From NCBI GenBank assembly GCA_028277915.1, contig JANQFJ010000209.1:1-58831 (forward strand): a stretch of DNA of 58,831 bases, in the 5' to 3' direction. The translations under genes were made by a program, and so were the position numbers. Source of the stretch: Saprospiraceae bacterium. Lineage in GTDB: Bacteria > Bacteroidota > Bacteroidia > Chitinophagales > Saprospiraceae. Under the pieces are notes generated by a model. The model did no database searches, had not been told where the DNA came from, and saw only the letters and a program-made list of their open reading frames with translations. Shown here piece by piece: positions 9,508 to 18,362 of the stretch (positions are counted from its first letter, which is position 1; every line of letters begins with the position of its first letter).

Positions 9508-11097
9508 CTAGCTGTTTTTCAGAAACTTGCCTTTAAAAAACTGATACGAGAAATTGCCGATTTGGAGATGTTCACCATCTTTTAAAGACTTTAGTTTATC
9601 CGAAGGAATATCTTCAAAAGTAGTATGGACAGAGCCACCGGTTCGATATGCAATTTCGAGATAGTGCTCATTGACGCCAAATTGTGAATCAGTCAATAAA
9701 ACCCTTACAGGGACTGACAATTCACTGAGTTTGTGCAAATCACTCGCATCGCTGAAATTGTCAGCAATGAAAAGCAGTTCTTCGTCTGGTGATATATCCT
9801 TAGCACCCAAGATCAAAGCTTCTACGACATTTTCGAGTCGATTACCTCCACAGCTAAAATTTACAATTTTGTCGATGGTATTGCAGAAGCCTTCGATATC
9901 ATTATTTGGAACATAAAATATCCCTCTCCGGTCATGACCGGAAGCACTTTTTTTAGCATTATTTTGAAATCCGTTGAAGAGCCAGTAAGTGTTGTTGTTT
10001 TGCTCTTCTTCATCGGAATAATTCCAAACCATCAACTCATCGATGTATTGGTACATACTGCAGTCAATATTGGCAACAATCCTTTTTTGTTTCCACTGAT
10101 CCTTGTTTCGATGAAGCATTGCTTTGATTTCCTGATTTGAGGAGACGTAATAATCCGGGTTTTCTTCGACAGATTTTTGATCACCTAAAGCAATTTTTAC
10201 AACATTGGTTTTTATTTTTTCAAAATCCTTTTTAGTATAATAATGCTGTAAATAAAAATTATGTCCTTCCATTTCAGCGATACGTGCTGAATCTCTCAAT
10301 CGTTGTTCACGACGCATAGAATCCCGTTGTGCCAGAAGTCTAGCCCGTTCTTGCTCCCGTTGTTTAAATTCTGCGGTGCTGATCGTATTCAACTCAAAGC
10401 GACTTGTTCGCGAATTTGGATTTTCTTCGTAAGTTTTGCAGGTGATATCTTGAAAACCATATGAATGAACGCAGTACGTGTCTCCTTTAGGAAGCATCAA
10501 CGTGCTATTGCCATTGGAATTGGTCAGTGCAAGGTAAACTTTCTTCGTTTTTTCACTTACAAAATAAAGTTCTTCTTTTGCGAGAGGGTGATTGTTCAAA
10601 TCTGCAATTTTGATATTCACCAAAACTCTAGTTTTTGTAGGCATCTGGCCTTGTGTCAGGTATTGATAAATGGTGTCATTTTTTTCAACCTCCTTGATTC
10701 GGGTGGACATGTAAACTATAGGAACTGTTTTGAAAACGTTTTTTTCTTTTTGGATGCTGAATGTTCTGTAATCATTTTCCTGATCAACATTTACGATATA
10801 ATCACTATTATTTGGGAGCAGGAAAAATGCTTCTCCGTGTTCATCGGTTATTCCATGCCAGTATTGATCTCCATTTTTTTGATGTACCCACAGAGGAATA
10901 TCATTTAATACATTCTTTTTAAAATCCATGACCTTCATTCGAATTACCGCATCTGTTTTTGTCGGTTGTACTTTATCTGAGCGATGAAAGTTTTGAACGA
11001 TGGTGTCGGTATTGATTCCTTTTGGCGATTGTTGAGCAGAAATATTAATTGAAAATAAAAAAGTGAAAAAAATTACGTTGAAAGCCAGTTGTTTCAT
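9508..11097 (-). CDS. Hypothetical secreted protein: two CarboxypepD_reg-like repeats, an Arg/Glu-rich coiled coil, and an uncharacterised C-terminal alpha/beta domain
   Basis: Signal peptide MKQLAFNVIFFTFLFSINISAQQ. Two similar segments are present (IRMKVMDFKKNVLNDIPLWV...GEAFFLLPNNSDYIVNV and VNIKIADLNNHPLAKEELYF...GNSTLMLPKGDTYCV). REQERARLLAQRDSMRREQRLRD is the coiled-coil segment. Domain calls are tentative. Confidence 0.45.
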   Translation of the reverse strand: MKQLAFNVIFFTFLFSINISAQQSPKGINTDTIVQNFHRSDKVQPTKTDAVIRMKVMDFKKNVLNDIPLWVHQKNGDQYWHGITDEHGEAFFLLPNNSDYIVNVDQENDYRTFSIQKEKNVFKTVPIVYMSTRIKEVEKNDTIYQYLTQGQMPTKTRVLVNIKIADLNNHPLAKEELYFVSEKTKKVYLALTNSNGNSTLMLPKGDTYCVHSYGFQDITCKTYEENPNSRTSRFELNTISTAEFKQREQERARLLAQRDSMRREQRLRDSARIAEMEGHNFYLQHYYTKKDFEKIKTNVVKIALGDQKSVEENPDYYVSSNQEIKAMLHRNKDQWKQKRIVANIDCSMYQYIDELMVWNYSDEEEQNNNTYWLFNGFQNNAKKSASGHDRRGIFYVPNNDIEGFCNTIDKIVNFSCGGNRLENVVEALILGAKDISPDEELLFIADNFSDASDLHKLSELSVPVRVLLTDSQFGVNEHYLEIAYRTGGSVHTTFEDIPSDKLKSLKDGEHLQIGNFSYQFFKGKFLKNS

Positions 11098-11309
11098 GAA
11101 TCTGATTTTTTGATAATGTTGAAGGATAAAAGTAGATTTGCTTAAATTCGTGGTGTTTTATAGGTTTGCGAAATGAACCAGATTCTCAAAAATAATCGTT
11201 TTTATAACCCTTGAAACTATTGATTTATTATGTAAAATCCATTTTATTATTACTTAGCATACAGTCTGTTATTACTTGAAGACCTTGGTTAATGCTAATT
11301 TTAGGTAAC

Positions 11310-11717
11310 ATGGTTAAAATGCAAAACGTAGATTTCCGAAATATTGAAGAGTTTCTTGATTTCCTTCCGGATGATGAAAGGAAAATCGTAGATTTTCTCC
11401 GCGAGATCGTTTTCGAATGCATTCCAGAATGCGAAGAAAAATTGTCCTACAATGTTCCTTACTTTTACAGGCATTCACGAATTTGCTTCATATGGCCTGC
11501 TTCTGTTCCTTGGGGCAATGTGAAATTGGAAGGGGTGCAACTGGGTTTTTGTAATGGAAATTTGCTTCAGGATGATATCAATTACCTGGAAAAAGGCAAT
11601 CGAAAACAAGTTTACAGCAAAACATTTTTTCAAATTGAAGACATCGATGTCGATTTGCTGAAAGCCTATCTTTTTGATGCAGTGGAAGTGGATGAATCTA
11701 TTTACAGGAAAAGGTGA
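11310..11717 (+). CDS. DUF1801 (YdhG-like) domain protein
   Basis: Motif FLDFLPDDERKIVDFLREIVFECIPECEEKLSYNVPYFY. The start is ambiguous (11292, 11310 or 11319). The ORF ends at TGA. Confidence 0.7.
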   Translation: MVKMQNVDFRNIEEFLDFLPDDERKIVDFLREIVFECIPECEEKLSYNVPYFYRHSRICFIWPASVPWGNVKLEGVQLGFCNGNLLQDDINYLEKGNRKQVYSKTFFQIEDIDVDLLKAYLFDAVEVDESIYRKR

Positions 11718-11767
11718 TGGTAAATTATTGACTAAATTTTACCACTTTGCGTTAAATAAAAACAGTT

Positions 11768-12457
11768 TTAGTTATCATTTTCACATTTTAGTAATGATAT
11801 TGTGAAATACTCCAACATTTTTTCCACTTCTTCGTAGTTGTCATTTACTACTTTTACATCAGTTAACCGGGGGAGGTGCAATGCAAAATAAATATGATTG
11901 TTAGCCATTTCAAACAAATTGCTGGCCAATGCGTGTGGATAGGGAAAGTCAGGGTTGACTTCGCTGATTACTGCCGCCACCTTCTCGGAAAGCTTTTTGT
12001 AGTTGTGGAAAAAGCCCTCTTTATTTTCCTCGTCCACGTCTTTGGTATGATAAGCTTTAGTGCCTTCGGTAATGATCAATCGATGTAAGACGCTTTCGTT
12101 GACATAATCAATGGAAGGATTGTCTTTTGAAGCGTAGATGATAGTTTTAATGATGATTTTCAATTTCTTTTTTGGGGTATCTATGTTCATCGTATGGATA
12201 TCTATCAGATAGCCCACCCACTCCCAATACCAAGAAACCAAATATATCAAAAGCAGGTGTTTGTTGACGAAATAGCGATAAACTGAGGCTTCGGTCGAGT
12301 GCATTCGAAGTGCCAGTTTTTTAAAATTAAATGCTTCAAATCCTATCTCATCAATCAATTGAATGCTGTACTTGATTATATTCTGACCAAGCTTAGTTTC
12401 CTGGGGATCTCTCAGGTAAAGACCTTTGTTAAGACTGATTTTTATGCCAACAGCCAT
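11768..12457 (-). CDS. TetR/AcrR-family transcriptional regulator
   Basis: N-terminal HTH: GQNIIKYSIQLIDEIGFEAFNFKKLALRMHSTEASVYRYFVNKHLLLIYL. Divergent from the SulP gene. Confidence 0.85.
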   Translation of the reverse strand: MAVGIKISLNKGLYLRDPQETKLGQNIIKYSIQLIDEIGFEAFNFKKLALRMHSTEASVYRYFVNKHLLLIYLVSWYWEWVGYLIDIHTMNIDTPKKKLKIIIKTIIYASKDNPSIDYVNESVLHRLIITEGTKAYHTKDVDEENKEGFFHNYKKLSEKVAAVISEVNPDFPYPHALASNLFEMANNHIYFALHLPRLTDVKVVNDNYEEVEKMLEYFTISLLKCENDN

Positions 12458-12699
12458 ATAGTCATTCTTTTTTATACAAAAGTAATAATTTTTATAAATA
12501 TGCTTAACTTTTTTTATTTAAAGTAAAATATTTTTCATAATAGTATTGCTATTATCAATAAAATCCCTTTATATTTGTGTTTCTTTTAATCGAGTTTGTT
12601 TTTTAACAAACAACATCCAAGATATTTTGAAATAATTTGGTCTTATTCCTATAGGGATGAGATTGGAATTTAATGGTATTATTAAAAACGAAATGAATT

Positions 12700-14331
12700 A
12701 TGAGTCTTAGAAACACAAACAGATTATTTGAGAATTTAAAAAATGATATACCCGCTTCGATCGTGGTATTTTTGGTGGCGGTTCCACTTTGCTTGGGTAT
12801 AGCCCTGGCCTCCGGAGCGCCTTTGTTTTCAGGAATTATTGCTGGCATTGTCGGTGGGATCGTCGTCGGTTCATTGAGTGGATCGCAGCTTGGAGTAAGT
12901 GGACCTGCTGCGGGATTAGCGGTGATCGTGCTTTCTGCCATACAGGAATTGGGAGCTTTCGAAATCTTTTTGATGGCGGTTGTTTTGGGAGGAGTTATTC
13001 AACTATTGCTGGGGTATGCGAAAGCAGGAATCATCGGCTATTATTTCCCTTCCTCAGTGATCAAAGGGATGCTTTCAGGGATTGGAATTATCATTATTTT
13101 GAAGCAGATACCACACGCATTCGGGTATGACAAGGATTACGAAGGCAGCCTCTCTTTTGTTCAACCGGATGGTCATAACACATTGTCCCAGCTTTATTAT
13201 ATGTTTGAAGCTATCAGCCCGGGAGCAATAATTATTACGGCACTTTCAATGATGATTCTAATATTATGGGAGCAACCATTTATGAAAAAAATCAAACCAT
13301 TTCAGATTGTTCAGGGACCACTTGTGGTGGTGACTTTGGGCATACTGTTGAATCTTGCTTTTCATAATATACCATTCTTCTCCCTAAAAACGGAACAGGT
13401 TGTAGCGATTCCGGTAGCGGAAAGCATTACTGGATTTTTTAGTCAGTTTACTTTCCCAGATTTTAGTCAGATTACAAATTCTGCAGTTTGGATTACTGCG
13501 ATAACACTTGCAGTAGTGGCTAGTTTGGAAACGCTGCTTTGCCTGGAAGCTACTGATAAATTAGACCCACAAAAAAGAGTTTCCCCGGCCAATCGCGAAT
13601 TAAAGGCTCAAGGTGTTGGAAATATTATTTCAGGATTGATCGGTGGATTACCAATTACTCAAGTAATCGTAAGAAGTTCAACAAATATTCAATCCGGAGG
13701 TCGAACCAAAATGTCTGCTATATATCATGGAATAATTTTGTTAATTTGTGCCATGGCAATCCCAAAAATTTTAAACTTGATACCTTTGGCTAGTTTAGCT
13801 GCAATTCTGTTTTTGGTAGGGTATAAACTTGCTAAACCACAATTGTTTAAACAAATGTATGCACTGGGTCAATCACATTTCGTACCTTTTATTGTTACGA
13901 TTCTAGGAATTGTTTTTACGGATCTTTTGATGGGAATCGGTATTGGAATGGTAGTCGCAATATTTTACATACTTTACAAAAATTACAAAAAACCATTTAT
14001 TTTTCCTTCCAAGCAGTATTTGGAAGATGGAATTATCCGTTTGAACATGTTGGAAGAAGTAACGTTTATTAACAAAGCAAGTATTCAAAGAACCCTGAGT
14101 CAAATTCCTGATGATTCAAAAGTCATTATCGATGCTTCAAAATCGGTTAGCATTGACCAGGACGTTTTAGAAATCATTGAGGAATTTAAAACGAATGCAA
14201 AATATCGGGGTATTGATTTGGAGGTCATTAATTATAAACCTGTAAAATTGAAAGACCAGGTCAAAAAGATCGAGCACGTTTTGGTCAAAAACTCGATTTC
14301 TACAAACGGAAAAGTAAAAGCTGCTATATAA
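12700..14331 (+). CDS. SulP-family anion (bicarbonate/sulfate) transporter with C-terminal STAS domain
   Basis: 543 aa and polytopic. Motifs are IPASIVVFLVAVPLCLGIALASGAP and SLETLLCLEATDKL. The STAS-like tail reads IIRLNMLEEVTFINKAS. Confidence 0.9.
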   Translation: MSLRNTNRLFENLKNDIPASIVVFLVAVPLCLGIALASGAPLFSGIIAGIVGGIVVGSLSGSQLGVSGPAAGLAVIVLSAIQELGAFEIFLMAVVLGGVIQLLLGYAKAGIIGYYFPSSVIKGMLSGIGIIIILKQIPHAFGYDKDYEGSLSFVQPDGHNTLSQLYYMFEAISPGAIIITALSMMILILWEQPFMKKIKPFQIVQGPLVVVTLGILLNLAFHNIPFFSLKTEQVVAIPVAESITGFFSQFTFPDFSQITNSAVWITAITLAVVASLETLLCLEATDKLDPQKRVSPANRELKAQGVGNIISGLIGGLPITQVIVRSSTNIQSGGRTKMSAIYHGIILLICAMAIPKILNLIPLASLAAILFLVGYKLAKPQLFKQMYALGQSHFVPFIVTILGIVFTDLLMGIGIGMVVAIFYILYKNYKKPFIFPSKQYLEDGIIRLNMLEEVTFINKASIQRTLSQIPDDSKVIIDASKSVSIDQDVLEIIEEFKTNAKYRGIDLEVINYKPVKLKDQVKKIEHVLVKNSISTNGKVKAAI

Positions 14332-14362
14332 TAATTTTAAAATCAAAAAAAGTTAACCAACG

Positions 14363-15016
14363 ATGATGACAACTGAAATAAACAATCAATTAACACAAAC
14401 TCCTGAAACTCAGTCGAAAATAACTCCTGAAATTGCAATCCATTTGCTTAAAGAAGGAAATACAAGGTTTGTAGATGGTAAGCCCTTGTCCAGAAATTTG
14501 AGTGATCAGATCAATCAAACTTCAACCGGTCAATACCCTTTTGCGGCGATTGTGAGTTGTATAGACTCCCGAATTCCGACTGAAATTGTTTTTGATCAAG
14601 GTATCGGGGATGTTTTTAACGCCAGGATCGCCGGAAATTTTATTAACGAAGATATTTTAGGTAGTTTGGAGTTTGCTTGTATGCTTGCTGGATCGAAGGT
14701 GATCGTTGTTATGGGTCATACTTCCTGTGGCGCGGTGAAAGGAGCTTGTGACAATGCACAGTTAGGCAATCTCACGCAAATGCTGGACAAAATCATGCCT
14801 GCAGTAAACGCTGTTTCAACTCCTGAAGGGACTGATCGAAGCTCTAAAAATATCGAATTTGTGAACGAAGTGGCTGTTAAAAATGTGGAATTTACCATTG
14901 AAAACATTAAAAATCAAAGCCCTGTTTTAAACGAAATGTACCAAAACGGTGCAATTGACATTATAGGGGCCATGTATGATGTAAAGACGGGGAACGTGCG
15001 ATTTTTGAATGCATAA
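14363..15016 (+). CDS. Beta-class carbonic anhydrase
   Basis: Zinc ligand motifs CIDSR and GHTSCGAV. It sits immediately downstream of SulP, the classic SulP-CA pair. Confidence 0.9.
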   Translation: MMTTEINNQLTQTPETQSKITPEIAIHLLKEGNTRFVDGKPLSRNLSDQINQTSTGQYPFAAIVSCIDSRIPTEIVFDQGIGDVFNARIAGNFINEDILGSLEFACMLAGSKVIVVMGHTSCGAVKGACDNAQLGNLTQMLDKIMPAVNAVSTPEGTDRSSKNIEFVNEVAVKNVEFTIENIKNQSPVLNEMYQNGAIDIIGAMYDVKTGNVRFLNA

Positions 15017-15044
15017 AATCAACGCTGAATCCGAAAAATCCAAT

Positions 15045-15080
15045 CCGCACTTTTCTTACTTAAAATCGAGGAAAGTGCGG
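15045..15080 (+). terminator. Hairpin between convergent carbonic anhydrase and norD genes
   Basis: CCGCACTTT (15045-15053) pairs with AAAGTGCGG (15072-15080). The stem is 9 bp with an 18-nt loop. Confidence 0.45.
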
Positions 15081-15179
15081 TATTCATCTTGTTCCAACTC
15101 GCTTGATTTTTACAACTTCCTGTAAGCGGAAGTGTCTAATAATAAGCAGACTAAAAATCAAACATCCAGCATTTTTGAT

Positions 15180-16934
15180 CTATCTATTGTTAATCCTGCG
15201 GTAAAGTGTTGTCAGTGAAGGGATTAGCATGTCTGGGTGCGATAAAATGTTGTAGTGGTTTTGCCCGAACATCTGAGGCAGATAATATCTGGCAAGGGAC
15301 TCAATGGCAATAGCGTATGAACTGATATGCTTCTCATGCATTTCACGCAAAGCTTGTTTGACATCAGCTATTCCATACTTTCCTTCATATTTGTCATAAT
15401 CGTTGGGTTTACCATCGGAGAGTAGAATTATCCATTTCTGCGTGGCGGAATGTTTTTCAATAAGATGTTGTGAATGTCGCAATGCGGGACCGATTCGAGT
15501 ATATCCTTGTGGTTGAACTACTCCCAATCGTTGTTTACCTTTCGTCCAGTTTTCTCCAAAGTTTTTTAAAGGATGATAAACACAGTTGTTCCTGGTTTTT
15601 GAGAAGAATCCGCTGACTGCAAAATCAACATTGTATTCTGTAAGAACTTCACCAAACAATATCACAGCTTGCTTTTCAACGTCTAATACCCGATTTCCAT
15701 CAGCGTAGCTATCTGTTGACAAACTTATATCCATTAGAAATAAAATAGCCAGATCTGGCTCTTTTTTCCTTTTCGAAAGATAAATATTTTCGGAAGGCGT
15801 ATGGCCGGATTTAATATCGGCGTACCAATCCACAAGTGCATCAACATCAATACTTTCACCATCGGGTAGTTTTTTAACGTTTCTGCGTTTTTGGTGGATT
15901 TGAGCAAATTTTCGGCGAAGACCATTGATGGTTTTTGAGTTTTCGGAAATACACTTCTGGGAGTAATCCAGATCGATTGCTTTGATTTTTTTTAAATAAA
16001 CTTTGCAATAATCAGGTTTGTACCTTTTTTTTGAAAAATCCCACTCTTTGTAAGTCAGGAAATTATTGTCATCCTCCAGTTCGGCGCTTTCGGCAATGTT
16101 TGCCAAGTCACGAAACTCAGCCTGGTAAATAGAATGTGCAACTTCGTCAGTCCTTACTAAGTGTTTGAGATTCAGTTCGTTGAGGGCGTCAGCATCTTCT
16201 TCAAGGCTATCGTCACCATCAAAACCTCTCCAAACGCCACTGAACTCTTCCGCTGTTTCAACTTTTTCAAAATTGTGGGTAAGCATATAATCCTGCTGTG
16301 CTTTTTTATCCACGTTCAAAATCTCCACTTCTTCGACAGGCTTTGCTTTAATTTCGGTGGTGGGTTTCACTGTTTTTACTGTAGTTGATCCATCATTATC
16401 AGGAGTCGCTCTATTTTCGTTTTCCAAAACATCCCTGTTGATCATATATTTCCCAAAGAGCCAATAGTGTGGATTTAAATCTTCTCCAAAATGGTGTTTT
16501 ATAGAGTCAAAAAATTCGAAGACTGGCAAATAATCTTCTTTTAGCTTTTTAAGGATAAGACTTGAAGTTTCAAACGCCTTTGATCTGGAATCCGCAAGGG
16601 TAGGAGAGGTTTGTTTTTCGTTCCAATTTAAATTTTCATTGAATTGGATGCTCAAATAGACAACTCTGAAAATGTAGAAATTTAAATTCTCCTCCAGCGT
16701 TGGCAAAAGGGAAAAAGAGGAAGGCAGGTAAAATACATCACCTTTCCACCCTCCCTCTCTTTCAGCAGGTAAAATATCAATGGCATCTCCGGTCAACGCA
16801 CGGGCAATAAGTGTTAACCGACCATTGATGTCCTGCAACTGAATGGTTCTGGATACCTCCTCTTTCGAGTTCTTATTCCTCCACTTTTCAAAATACCTAG
16901 CTAGTTTTTTAAATAAAATCTGATCCAGTTCCAA
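15180..16934 (-). CDS. norD: NorD/CbbO-like von Willebrand factor A protein (NO reductase activation)
   Basis: 584 aa. The C-terminal vWA domain has the MIDAS motif LFLMDISLSTDS, followed by ILLSDGKPND. It lies downstream of the norQ ATPase. Confidence 0.8.
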   Translation of the reverse strand: MELDQILFKKLARYFEKWRNKNSKEEVSRTIQLQDINGRLTLIARALTGDAIDILPAEREGGWKGDVFYLPSSFSLLPTLEENLNFYIFRVVYLSIQFNENLNWNEKQTSPTLADSRSKAFETSSLILKKLKEDYLPVFEFFDSIKHHFGEDLNPHYWLFGKYMINRDVLENENRATPDNDGSTTVKTVKPTTEIKAKPVEEVEILNVDKKAQQDYMLTHNFEKVETAEEFSGVWRGFDGDDSLEEDADALNELNLKHLVRTDEVAHSIYQAEFRDLANIAESAELEDDNNFLTYKEWDFSKKRYKPDYCKVYLKKIKAIDLDYSQKCISENSKTINGLRRKFAQIHQKRRNVKKLPDGESIDVDALVDWYADIKSGHTPSENIYLSKRKKEPDLAILFLMDISLSTDSYADGNRVLDVEKQAVILFGEVLTEYNVDFAVSGFFSKTRNNCVYHPLKNFGENWTKGKQRLGVVQPQGYTRIGPALRHSQHLIEKHSATQKWIILLSDGKPNDYDKYEGKYGIADVKQALREMHEKHISSYAIAIESLARYYLPQMFGQNHYNILSHPDMLIPSLTTLYRRINNR

Positions 16935-16964
16935 AACAGTTGTGCGATTTGATTATGAAATAAT

Positions 16965-17456
16965 TTATCTTCTGATCGATGATGTTCTGTTTGTTGGGAT
17001 TTTGACATTAAAAAAGGGCACTTCCTCCATTGCATGGCAAGAATTGCAGCTTTCGGTAAATAACAGCATATTTTTATTGAAAAGCACAGTGTCTTTGCTA
17101 TCGATTGCATTTTGCATTTCAGGCAAAATAGTATTCAGAAAAGGGCGAGCAGACTGAGCTCTTTTAGGTCTTCGTTCAAGGCCATTTTCAATAGTCAATC
17201 GAATTTTCTTGAGCTGGTAATCAGCATATTGCCAATTTTCGTCCTGTCCAGCCCAATATAATTCCTGATATCGGTAACCGGTTTCAACCATTGCCATGTC
17301 AAATCCCCTAAGATGGTTTGTTATGGTTTCAAACTTCTCTTGCTCATTACCAGTCAGCCAACCATCTTTTCCAATAGGATTGTCGATCATGTCTTTACAA
17401 GAATTGACAGACAAGGCAAGCATGAAGATTATTATTGTTTTTACAATCTTTGTCAT
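16965..17456 (-). CDS. Lipoprotein with a single C-terminal CxxCH haem-c motif (class II / cytochrome c'-like candidate)
   Basis: Lipobox in MTKIVKTIIIFMLALSVNSC. The body of about 115 aa is predicted helical. CNSCH is at residues 137-141 (17034-17048). Gaps of 12 and 30 nt separate it from norQ and norD. Confidence 0.55.
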   Translation of the reverse strand: MTKIVKTIIIFMLALSVNSCKDMIDNPIGKDGWLTGNEQEKFETITNHLRGFDMAMVETGYRYQELYWAGQDENWQYADYQLKKIRLTIENGLERRPKRAQSARPFLNTILPEMQNAIDSKDTVLFNKNMLLFTESCNSCHAMEEVPFFNVKIPTNRTSSIRR

Positions 17457-17468
17457 TGTTCAATTTTT

Positions 17469-18251
17469 TTAGATCATCATATCAGCCAGGTCTTTCAACG
17501 CAGTTAAAGTTTCTTCGTCATCTGTAAGTGGTTGAATCATACCAACTTCAACGGAAAGCCTTTTTGGAAGCCCGGATTTGATCAACTTTGCTGCGTCAAC
17601 AATCAATCGTGTGGAAACGGTTTCCATCAAGCCCAATTCATGCAAATTTCTAATCTTGTTTGCAATTTTCACCAGTTTTTTCGAATCGGAAAGATTAACA
17701 CCAGATTCTTTTTCTACGATTTCCTGTTCTGTTTTTTCAACCGGATAATTAAATGCAAGAGAAACGAATCGTTGTCTCGTTGACGGTTTTAGTTCTTTAA
17801 ATCCACTCTGATAACCCGGGTTGTAGGAAGCCACAAGCATAAAAGAATCGGCAGCCTCAATTTCTTCTGGAACCTTGTCCAAAAAAAGTTGCCTACGGTG
17901 ATCCGTCAAAGAGTGGATGGCTACAATCACATCAGGCCGCGCCTCTGCAATTTCGTCCAAATAGATGATGGCCCCCGTACGTATAGCAGTTGTAAGCGGG
18001 CCATCCTGCCAAACAGTCTCACTTCCTTTTAAAATATATCGGCCTACCAAATCTGTTGCTGAAGTTTCTTCATGGCAAGCCACTGTGATCAAGGGTACAC
18101 CGAGCTGGTGCGCCATATATTCTACAAAGCGCGTCTTGCCTGTCCCAGTGGGACCTTTTATGAGAATTGATAGTTTATTATTAAAACAATGAGTGAAGAC
18201 TTCGTCTTCTTTTCCCAAAGTTTTGTAATAAGGTTGTTGTTTGATTTGCAT
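17469..18251 (-). CDS. norQ: CbbQ/NirQ/NorQ-family MoxR AAA+ ATPase
   Basis: 260 aa. Walker A is GPTGTGKT and Walker B is IIYLDEI. The length is typical of NorQ. Confidence 0.9.
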   Translation of the reverse strand: MQIKQQPYYKTLGKEDEVFTHCFNNKLSILIKGPTGTGKTRFVEYMAHQLGVPLITVACHEETSATDLVGRYILKGSETVWQDGPLTTAIRTGAIIYLDEIAEARPDVIVAIHSLTDHRRQLFLDKVPEEIEAADSFMLVASYNPGYQSGFKELKPSTRQRFVSLAFNYPVEKTEQEIVEKESGVNLSDSKKLVKIANKIRNLHELGLMETVSTRLIVDAAKLIKSGLPKRLSVEVGMIQPLTDDEETLTALKDLADMMI

Positions 18252-18268
18252 TAAAAGTTGTTTTAAAA

Positions 18269-18293
18269 GGGTGAGAAACTTGATTCTTCACCC
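18269..18293 (-). terminator. Weak hairpin between the TonB receptor and norQ
   Basis: GGGTGA pairs with TCACCC (6-7 bp stem). On the minus strand it is followed by TTTTAAAAC. Confidence 0.3.
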
Positions 18294-18362
18294 CTTGCTG
18301 TTGATGTTTACAAGATTTTAAGCGTTTTGGCTGCTATTGTCTTTTGTAAAACTACGTAATTT

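Noticed and set aside
12537-12555. ATAATAG-N5-CTATTAT inverted repeat as the TetR operator
   Set aside because: A 7-bp AT-only inverted repeat in a region that is almost pure A/T is expected by chance. It is mentioned only as a place to look.
12603-12941. 112-aa minus-strand ORF overlapping the 5' end of the SulP gene
   Set aside because: It is antisense to the well-supported SulP N-terminus, and its translation is Pro/Ala/Thr-rich shadow text. It has no independent support.
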